A DNA stretch of 4,265 bases, taken from the IMG/VR virus record IMGVR_UViG_2534681999_000005, one strand, 5' to 3'. This document shows positions 1 through 4,265 of this stretch, in pieces. The stretch comes from a virus. Taxonomy: Duplodnaviria > Heunggongvirae > Uroviricota > Caudoviricetes. A program made the translations under genes and the position numbers. Positions within the stretch are counted from its first letter, which is position 1; every line of letters begins with the position of its first letter. The notes under the pieces were generated by a model. The model made no database searches, was not told the origin of the DNA, and saw only the letters and a list, made by a program, of their open reading frames with translations.

Positions 1-599
1 GGAACGTGAAAACGGATTTATCAGCAACGGAAACGGCCTGGAAGCTGTGGGAACTTATGGGGGAGGTGTATTCGAACCGCTGGACCCAGAAGAACGGGGC
101 TGCGCCGTCGAAGCTCTGGATTGCTCAGATTGGCGCGATGACTGAACAGCAAATCCGGCAGGTCTGCCGTCAGTGCATGGACCGCTGCCGGGCGGGTGAA
201 ACGTGGCCTCCGGATCTGGCTGAGTTTGTGGCGTTGATTTCGGAGAGCGGGGCAAATCCATTTGGCCTGACGGTGGATGCCGTGATGGAGGAGTACCGTC
301 GCTGGAGGAATGAATCCTGGCGGTACGACGGGAGTGATAAATACCCGTGGCCACAGCCGGTGCTGTACCACATTTGCCTCGAGATGCGTGACAGAGGGAT
401 TGAGCGGCAGATGACGGAAGGTGAGTTAAAACGACTTGCAGAACGGCAACTGACGAAATGGGCAAAGCAAGTTGGTAACGGGATGAGTATTCCCCCGATC
501 CGGAGACAACTCGCATCGCCGAAGTGCCCGCAAGGGCCAACGCCAATTGAATTACTGAAACAGGAATACGAGCGCCGGAAGGCGGCTGGTTTTGTTTGA
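1..599 (+). CDS. Replication protein P-like (lambda P family helicase loader), 3' portion; probably 5'-truncated by the window edge
   Basis: Seen: the ORF is open to base 3 in frame, with the first in-window start a GTG at 6, and the TGA stop at 597-599. From memory: the C-terminal half (YPW...TEGELKRLAERQL...GNGMSIPPIRRQLASP) matches the pattern of lambda P (YPW...TDAELRRKAADEL...NRGEAIPEPVKQLP). Lambda P has roughly 35-40 more N-terminal residues, hence the likely truncation. Not verified by search. Confidence 0.7.
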   Translation, partial: NVKTDLSATETAWKLWELMGEVYSNRWTQKNGAAPSKLWIAQIGAMTEQQIRQVCRQCMDRCRAGETWPPDLAEFVALISESGANPFGLTVDAVMEEYRRWRNESWRYDGSDKYPWPQPVLYHICLEMRDRGIERQMTEGELKRLAERQLTKWAKQVGNGMSIPPIRRQLASPKCPQGPTPIELLKQEYERRKAAGFV

Positions 600-632
600 A
601 TCTGAGAAACGATTTTGTCGGAGGAAATTTTA

Positions 633-1349
633 ATGGAAACCGTATCTGACGCACTGAAAGCACTGAAAAGAGCCTCTTCACATGTGGTGGCAGCTCGCCT
701 TGGAATTAGTCGTGAAGAGGCTGTCAACGAACTGTGGAAACTGAAACGCCGTGGAGAAGCGGATAACAAGGGGGCGATATGGTGGCTGACTCAGGCTGGT
801 GAAAGTGAACCGGTGTCACCGGTACCGAAAGTGACGGCGCAAATGCTGACAGAGGCGATTGAACAACATGGCCCACAAACGGCGGATGAACTGGCATTGA
901 TGTTCGGAATTACCTCCCGCCGGGCGAATTCATCGCTGGCAATGGCAATCAGCAAAGGGTGTCTGATTCGCGTGAATCAGGATGGTAAATTTCGTTACTG
1001 CATACCGGGCGTTGATTTACCGGCAGAGCCGAAAGCAGCATCCGTAGCTGAAACGGAGGGTAAAGCCCTTCCTCAGCCAGCTGGTGTTGCGTTACCAGTC
1101 CAGGAAACGGCTGCACAGGAAGAAATTAAAACAGAAGCGGTGGAGGACATTGTGAAGTTGCAGCAATCGTTCACTGAAGCGAAAGCAGATGACCTGATTC
1201 TACCATCGCTGCATGTGGCTAACCGCGAGCTGCGCCGGGCGAAAAGTAATGTTCAGAAGTGGGAGCGAGTCTGTGCTGCGCTACGGGAACTGAACAAACA
1301 CAGGGATATTCTCCGGGATATTACCGCCACCAGAGAGCAGCAGCGGTGA
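633..1349 (+). CDS. Hypothetical prophage protein (238 aa) with two winged-helix-like segments and an acidic coiled-coil-like C-terminal half
   Basis: Seen: ATG at 633 preceded by GGAGG (620-624) at 8-nt spacing; the TTG at 615 from the ORF track has no SD. TGA stop at 1347-1349. HTH-like segments: [24 protein letters not shown] and [32 protein letters not shown]. Family not recognised with certainty. Confidence 0.6.
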   Translation: METVSDALKALKRASSHVVAARLGISREEAVNELWKLKRRGEADNKGAIWWLTQAGESEPVSPVPKVTAQMLTEAIEQHGPQTADELALMFGITSRRANSSLAMAISKGCLIRVNQDGKFRYCIPGVDLPAEPKAASVAETEGKALPQPAGVALPVQETAAQEEIKTEAVEDIVKLQQSFTEAKADDLILPSLHVANRELRRAKSNVQKWERVCAALRELNKHRDILRDITATREQQR

Positions 1350-1663
1350 GTGGCTGGAAGAAGTGGCGCTGGGCTGAAATCCTGATACTCCGGCAGTGTG
1401 CGGGAACGATGAGAGTCGAAAGCATCGGTTATCTGATTGGCCGTAGTGAGTCAGCCGTCAGGACGAAAGCGCGGGAACTGGGTATCAGCATGATGTTACG
1501 GGGTGATTATCACCAGTCAGCCAAATGTTCACAGCGTGATATTGAGCTGGCGTGGCAACTGCATCAGCGTGGTGTACCCCGACGGGAAATTGCCGAAAAG
1601 TTTGGGATGAAGTTGGGCGCAGTGAATAACTACGTTTATTTCGACAGGAGGGTTCAGGAGTGA
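1346..1663 (+). CDS. Small DNA-binding protein (105 aa) with two tandem GcrA-like HTH repeats
   Basis: Seen: GTG start at 1346 overlaps the upstream TGA stop (GTGA), suggesting translational coupling. The ORF-track ATG at 1259 would overlap the upstream gene by 91 nt and has no SD; the ATG at 1409 would cut off the first repeat. Repeats: W-x2-W-x2-E...[17 protein letters not shown] and [27 protein letters not shown], resembling the GcrA N-terminal HTH pattern (from memory). Start is uncertain between 1346 and 1409. Confidence 0.5.
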   Translation: MSGWKKWRWAEILILRQCAGTMRVESIGYLIGRSESAVRTKARELGISMMLRGDYHQSAKCSQRDIELAWQLHQRGVPRREIAEKFGMKLGAVNNYVYFDRRVQE

Positions 1664-1962
1664 GGGTGAGGGTTTATATCGCCGGTCCGATGACGGGATA
1701 TGAAAATTTTAACCGCGAGGCATTTCACAAAACGGAAGAGGTGCTGAAACGGGAAGGGCATACCGTTTTAAACCCGGCAGTACTTCCGGACGGGCTGACT
1801 CAGCCACACTACATGGATATTTGCATGGCAATGCTCCGTTGCGTGGATGCGGTTTACATGCTGAAAGGCTGGCAGCAGTCGGCAGGTGCAGGGGCTGAGC
1901 TGGCACTGGAGGAGAAACCGGGCCATGCGGTGATTTTTCAGGAGGTGGGCAGTGAATATTGA
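1660..1962 (+). CDS. DUF4406-like protein (nucleoside 2-deoxyribosyltransferase-like fold), 100 aa
   Basis: Seen: GTG at 1660 overlaps the upstream TGA (GTGA), with AGGAGG-like sequence 8-14 nt upstream. The N-terminal motif VYIAGPMTGY, followed by NPA...and GW.QS.GA..E, matches what I recall of the DUF4406 / N-deoxyribosyltransferase-like family common in enterobacterial prophages. Not search-verified. Confidence 0.65.
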   Translation: MRVRVYIAGPMTGYENFNREAFHKTEEVLKREGHTVLNPAVLPDGLTQPHYMDICMAMLRCVDAVYMLKGWQQSAGAGAELALEEKPGHAVIFQEVGSEY

Positions 1963-2269
1963 CCCGGCGATAACGATTGATATGGCCCTGAACGCCGGCC
2001 TGGCACTTCTTGGTTATTTCTACATTATGTTCTGCAGCGGACGATGGCTGTCACTGTTGTTCATGAAAAAATGGAATAAACGCCGTAAGCAGGAGCAACG
2101 CCAGAAGGCAATGGATGCATTTTTCGAAGCCTTCGGAATTGACGGCATGGAACCAGGGGATCCAGCTCGCGCAATCAGCAGAGGGGGTGTAGTAATCCTT
2201 GTATATCGGAGTGAAGAGAAAAATGACGATCACAAAACAACGTGTAGAAGAAATCATATCCCGCATTGA
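1952..2269 (+). CDS. Small membrane-anchored protein (105 aa): one hydrophobic helix followed by a basic/charged region
   Basis: Seen: GTG at 1952 with GGAGG (1941-1945) 6 nt upstream; it overlaps the preceding gene's end by 11 nt. Hydrophobic segment ALNAGLALLGYFYIMFCSGRWLSLLF, then KKWNKRRKQEQRQK. The 3' end overlaps the next gene by about 47 nt and that tail looks low-quality, so the gene's reality and extent are uncertain. An alternative start is the ATG at 1982. Confidence 0.4.
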   Translation: MNIDPAITIDMALNAGLALLGYFYIMFCSGRWLSLLFMKKWNKRRKQEQRQKAMDAFFEAFGIDGMEPGDPARAISRGGVVILVYRSEEKNDDHKTTCRRNHIPH

Positions 2270-2540
2270 AATGTATGGACATGGTGCAGGGTATATCGCA
2301 GACGAGGTTAATGATCTGGCTATACTGGCGCTGAATTTATCAAATATCGCGAACCTGAAGCGATACGAGCTTGATATGGGAGGTTGCGACTCGTGCGGTC
2401 AGGATTGTGGCGCTGATATGACTGAAGATCCTGATGGTGATTATGTCCTGTTTGATGACGTGGTTAAGTTGTTTGAATTTGATACAACCACTCAAAAGTT
2501 AGAAATCCCGGCAAAGGAGGCAGCCAGTGGGCAAGATTGA
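2223..2540 (+). CDS. Hypothetical acidic protein (105 aa) with a Cys cluster (CDSCGQDCG)
   Basis: Seen: ATG at 2223 with GGAG/GAAGAG purine-rich sequence upstream; TGA stop at 2538-2540. In-frame alternatives are TTG 2199, GTG 2211 and ATG 2271. 2223 is preferred because the resulting N-terminus (MTITKQR...YGHG) parallels the N-terminus of the 185-aa protein at 3160. Confidence 0.5.
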   Translation: MTITKQRVEEIISRIEMYGHGAGYIADEVNDLAILALNLSNIANLKRYELDMGGCDSCGQDCGADMTEDPDGDYVLFDDVVKLFEFDTTTQKLEIPAKEAASGQD

Positions 2541-2964
2541 CTATCAGGCACTGCGTGAGGCAGCACAAAACTATCAATCGACGCTGGCGTGGTATCAGGC
2601 TACCCCGGACAGCCCAAATGCTGAACGGGATTGTGATGCGGCTCTTGCTGCGTTTAAGCGTCACATCCGTCATCGGGAAGCGGATATTATCGCTGATTTG
2701 CTGGATGGACTGGAAGAAGCAAAATCACAACTCAACGAGCAGCGTGAGTATTACGAAGGCGTTATCTCTGATGGGAGCAAGCGTATTGCTGAACTGGAAG
2801 CGCGGGAAGTTCAATTACCGACTCGCTACGACCTTCGATATGGACACCCGATAAATGCAGATGAGCGACATGTCATGATACCTAAAGAAAATGGCAGTTG
2901 GCTTTACCTGATTGACCTAGAACACGCATTACGCGTCGCTGGCATTCGCATCAAAGGAGAGTGA
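2527..2964 (+). CDS. Ead/Ea22-like prophage protein (145 aa)
   Basis: Seen: GTG at 2527 preceded by AAGGAGG (2514-2520) at 6-nt spacing; it overlaps the upstream gene by 14 nt. From memory: N-terminal IDYQALREAA and the C-terminal block SQLNEQREYYEGVISDGSKRIAELE...AGIRIKGE closely match phage lambda Ea22 (KSKLNEQREYYEGVISDGSKRIAKLE...AGIRIKGE). Confidence 0.75.
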   Translation: MGKIDYQALREAAQNYQSTLAWYQATPDSPNAERDCDAALAAFKRHIRHREADIIADLLDGLEEAKSQLNEQREYYEGVISDGSKRIAELEAREVQLPTRYDLRYGHPINADERHVMIPKENGSWLYLIDLEHALRVAGIRIKGE

Positions 2965-2965
2965 G

Positions 2966-3157
2966 ATGAACGGACAAATATCAATTGTTCGACCAGGAGC
3001 ATGTGACGATCGCGAAATACGAATGATTATTCGTCTGGCGATGGGGAAAACAATAACTGCTCTCATTACTCCAGAAAATCTCGCATTAGCATTAACAGGA
3101 AAGTCAGACATGCCAGTAGAGCTAAAGCTGCGAAATGTTGAGATTAAGGTGAAATAG
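2966..3157 (+). CDS. Hypothetical small protein (63 aa)
   Basis: Seen: ATG at 2966, one nt after the upstream TGA, with GGAGAG 6 nt upstream; TAG stop at 3155-3157. No recognisable family. Confidence 0.5.
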   Translation: MNGQISIVRPGACDDREIRMIIRLAMGKTITALITPENLALALTGKSDMPVELKLRNVEIKVK

Positions 3158-3159
3158 CT

Positions 3160-3717
3160 ATGACCACTATTACCAAAGATCGACTGCTGACAATCCAGCA
3201 TTGGCGCGAAACATACGGACCGGGTAGCAACGTTGTGCTTCCAGCAGAAGAAGCGGAAGAGCTGGCACGGATTGCGCTGGCATCACTGGCAGCAGTATCG
3301 GATGAACGAGCAGCCTATGAATTATTTATGGAGAAGCGTTTCGGAGAATCTGTAGATCGCCGCAGAGCAAAAAATGGCGATAGAGATTACATGGTATGGG
3401 ATATGGCGCTTGGCTGGATTATCTGGTGTCACCGCGCCGCCATGCTTCAGGCTGGAAACTTTCGGGAAAATAAGGGTTCGTCAACCAATAATTTTCGGAT
3501 AATCTCGGAAACGTCAACCAACTCTCCGGCAATCCCTGATGAGGTGTTGTCCGCAATCCTGAAGGTCGCCAGGCTTCGTGCAGATTTCGATGCTTCTGAA
3601 GTGGACAGGCGAGGTATCGGTAGTTGTCTGGATGAGGCCGAGCAAGAACTTATCGTTACCATTAACGAATACGCCAGTCAGATCGCAGTAGAAGCGACAC
3701 AGGGGGAGAACCAATGA
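3160..3717 (+). CDS. Hypothetical prophage protein (185 aa)
   Basis: Seen: ATG at 3160 with AGGTG (3147-3151) 8 nt upstream; TGA stop at 3715-3717. The N-terminus MTTITKDRLLTIQHWRETYGPG resembles that of the 2223 gene. No family recognised. Confidence 0.6.
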   Translation: MTTITKDRLLTIQHWRETYGPGSNVVLPAEEAEELARIALASLAAVSDERAAYELFMEKRFGESVDRRRAKNGDRDYMVWDMALGWIIWCHRAAMLQAGNFRENKGSSTNNFRIISETSTNSPAIPDEVLSAILKVARLRADFDASEVDRRGIGSCLDEAEQELIVTINEYASQIAVEATQGENQ

Positions 3718-3791
3718 GCCGGCCAGATGCATTTGCAGGCGTTGCTATAGCTATTGCTTTTCTAGTATATGTTATTTGTCGGTGGGGGTAA
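3714..3791 (+). CDS. Tiny hydrophobic peptide ORF (25 aa: MSRPDAFAGVAIAIAFLVYVICRWG), putative small membrane protein
   Basis: Seen: ATG at 3714 overlaps the upstream TGA (ATGA); strong SD AGGGGGAG (3701-3708) about 5 nt upstream; TAA stop at 3789-3791. The peptide is almost entirely hydrophobic. Translated by hand; below the ORF-track length cutoff. Confidence 0.35.
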   Translation: MSRPDAFAGVAIAIAFLVYVICRWG

Positions 3792-3826
3792 AAACGTTCG
3801 CCGGGATTCACACCAAGGGAGGGAAT

Positions 3827-3931
3827 ATGTCGGATGATATTTCACTGGTAATGGAAGGCGCTCTGGCTGTTATTGCTGTTGTGGGTGTTTACTGCCTGGT
3901 TGTGTTTTTGATGGAGCGCCTGGGGAACTGA
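3827..3931 (+). CDS. Tiny single-TM peptide ORF (34 aa: MSDDISLVMEGALAVIAVVGVYCLVVFLMERLGN)
   Basis: Seen: ATG at 3827 preceded by AAGGGAGGG (3816-3824) with about 2-5 nt spacing depending on where the SD core is placed; TGA stop at 3929-3931. Acidic N-terminus, about 20-residue hydrophobic core, charged C-terminus. Translated by hand. Confidence 0.4.
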   Translation: MSDDISLVMEGALAVIAVVGVYCLVVFLMERLGN

Positions 3932-3938
3932 ATTCATT

Positions 3939-3961
3939 CCGTATGGGAATTCCCATATCGG
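3939..3961. repeat. Imperfect 23-bp palindrome centred on the perfect 10-bp palindrome GGGAATTCCC (3945-3954); candidate hairpin or protein-binding site
   Basis: Seen: CCGTATGGGAATTCCCATATCGG is the reverse complement of itself apart from one indel. It lies 8 nt after the stop of the 34-aa ORF. No downstream U-tract, so it is not a canonical intrinsic terminator. Confidence 0.4.
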
Positions 3962-3970
3962 GCAAAACGG

Positions 3971-3999
3971 TTTGCTGTAAAGCGAGAGTTAAGTAGAAT
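3971..3999 (+). promoter_or_regulatory. Candidate sigma70 promoter for the hok/mok transcript
   Basis: Seen: -35-like TTTGCT (3971-3976), 17-bp spacer, -10-like TAGAAT (3994-3999). Predicted transcript start near 4006, about 110 nt upstream of the mok-like ATG. Match by eye only. Confidence 0.3.
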
Positions 4000-4017
4000 T
4001 GCTGCGGGTGCTTGAGG

Positions 4018-4053
4018 CTGTCTGCCTCGGGCATGCCACCGTAAGGCAGACAG
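4018..4053 (+). other. Stem-loop in the hok leader: perfect 10-bp stem with a 16-nt loop
   Basis: Seen: CTGTCTGCCT (4018-4027) is the exact reverse complement of AGGCAGACAG (4044-4053). No U-tract follows on either strand, so this is a structural RNA element rather than a terminator. Confidence 0.45.
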
Positions 4054-4059
4054 AGAAAA

Positions 4060-4126
4060 GCCCCAGTTAACATTACGCGTCCTGCAAGACGCTTAACATT
4101 AATCTGAGGCCCAATCTATGCTTCAC
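4060..4126 (-). ncRNA. sok: Candidate Sok-like antisense RNA, antitoxin of the type I hok system (boundaries approximate)
   Basis: Inference from established hok/sok organisation: Sok is a roughly 60-70 nt antisense RNA covering the mok translation-initiation region. A promoter-like element on the minus strand would start transcription near 4125, opposite the mok-like ATG at 4118. No canonical terminator was identified, so the 3' end is a guess. Confidence 0.3.
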
Positions 4127-4265
4127 AAACGTAGGTTAGCCTCTTACGCGCCGAAAGGCAAGGAGAAGCAGGCTATGAAGCAGCAAAAGGCGATGTTAAT
4201 CGCCCTGATCGTCATCTGTTTAACCGTCATAGTGACGGCACTGGTAACGAGGAAAGACCTCTGCG
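4118..4265 (+). CDS. mok: mok-like in-frame upstream start giving a 19-codon N-terminal extension of hok (MLHKRRLASYAPKGKEKQA-MKQQK...); partial
   Basis: Seen: ATG at 4118 is in frame with the hok ATG at 4175, with no intervening stop, and GAGG lies 8 nt upstream. From memory: this resembles the in-frame MokC extension of chromosomal hokC (ML...KVKEKRAMKQHK). Confidence 0.4.
   Translation, partial: MLHKRRLASYAPKGKEKQAMKQQKAMLIALIVICLTVIVTALVTRKDLC
4133..4161 (-). promoter_or_regulatory. Candidate sigma70 promoter for the Sok-like antisense RNA
   Basis: Seen on the minus strand: -35-like TTGCCT (complement of 4156-4161), 17-bp spacer, -10-like TAACCT (complement of 4133-4138). The most conserved -10 positions (TA...T) are present. 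Confidence 0.3.
4175..4265 (+). CDS. hok: Hok/Gef-family type I toxin (HokD/RelF- or HokC-like), first 30 codons; 3'-truncated by the window edge
   Basis: Seen: ATG at 4175 with AAGGAG (4160-4165) 9 nt upstream. Translation MKQQKAMLIALIVICLTVIVTALVTRKDLC matches, from memory, the N-terminus of E. coli HokD/RelF and is very close to HokC/Gef (MKQHKAMIVALIVICITAVVAALVTRKDLC). The ORF runs off the window. Confidence 0.85.
   Translation, partial: MKQQKAMLIALIVICLTVIVTALVTRKDLC

Noticed and set aside
615-632. TTG start at 615 for the 238-aa gene
   Set aside because: No SD upstream, whereas the ATG at 633 has GGAGG at ideal spacing.
21-769. Three long minus-strand ORFs (21-371, 55-681, 170-769) opposite the P-like gene and the next gene
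   Set aside because: They overlap each other and well-supported plus-strand genes. Their translations are Arg/Ser/Pro-rich and low-complexity, as expected of shadow ORFs in GC-rich coding DNA, and there are no convincing SD sequences.
1259-1345. ORF-track start at ATG 1259 for the GcrA-like gene
   Set aside because: It would overlap the upstream gene by 91 nt and add a Cys/Gly-rich low-complexity N-terminus with no SD. The GTG at 1346, overlapping the stop, is more consistent with the coupling seen elsewhere.
2537-2854. Alternative-frame + strand ORF (105 aa) inside the Ea22-like gene
   Set aside because: It lies wholly within the Ea22-like CDS in another frame and has an Arg-rich, junk-like translation, while the Ea22-like frame shows recognisable homology and a strong SD.
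1709-3732. Minus-strand ORFs 1709-1906, 2051-2266, 2464-2673, 2929-3201, 3447-3662, 3514-3732
   Set aside because: All are antisense to better-supported plus-strand genes, short, without credible RBS, and with low-complexity translations; judged to be shadow ORFs.
3930-3955. Two EcoRI sites (GAATTC at 3930 and within GGGAATTCCC) as a possible cloning scar or vector junction
   Set aside because: The flanking sequence is continuous natural-looking prophage DNA with no vector-like sequence; the sites are best explained as part of a natural palindrome.
3939-4053. Intrinsic (rho-independent) terminators at the palindrome and the 10-bp stem-loop
   Set aside because: Neither hairpin is followed by a U-rich tract on either strand, so a canonical intrinsic terminator call is not supported.
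3870-4073. Minus-strand ORF (67 aa) across the 34-aa peptide ORF and the hok promoter/leader
   Set aside because: It overlaps predicted regulatory and structured RNA regions and has a Pro/Gln-rich translation with no SD. A Sok-like antisense RNA is a better explanation of minus-strand function here.
4067-4101. Possible CRISPR-like repeat (TTAACATTA x2)
   Set aside because: Only two 9-bp copies 26 bp apart, far too short and too few for a CRISPR array; more likely part of hok leader structure.
1-4265. tRNA, rRNA, integrase or transposase genes, att sites
   Set aside because: No cloverleaf-like conserved tRNA motifs, no long ORF with recombinase or transposase motifs, and no terminal inverted repeats were detectable by eye.

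Overview
This window reads as a mosaic lambdoid-prophage accessory region (Enterobacteriaceae-like), with all credible genes on the + strand. It opens with the 3' part of a lambda P-like replication protein (helicase loader), probably truncated by the window edge. An operon of eight small, tightly packed and often start/stop-overlapping genes follows: a 238-aa protein with two winged-helix-like segments, a 105-aa protein with two GcrA-like HTH repeats, a DUF4406-like 100-aa protein, a small membrane-anchored protein, an acidic Cys-containing protein, an Ead/Ea22-like protein, and 63-aa and 185-aa hypotheticals. Downstream sit two tiny hydrophobic-peptide ORFs (25 and 34 aa) with strong Shine-Dalgarno sites, both below the ORF-track cutoff. 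The window ends in a hok/gef-family type I toxin locus: promoter-like elements, a structured leader, an in-frame mok-like upstream start and the first 30 codons of a HokD/HokC-like toxin, truncated at the 3' edge. No tRNA, rRNA, CRISPR array or transposase was seen. All family assignments rest on motif recognition from memory, not on database searches, and need HMM/BLAST confirmation. The most novel candidates are the two tiny membrane-peptide ORFs next to the hok locus.
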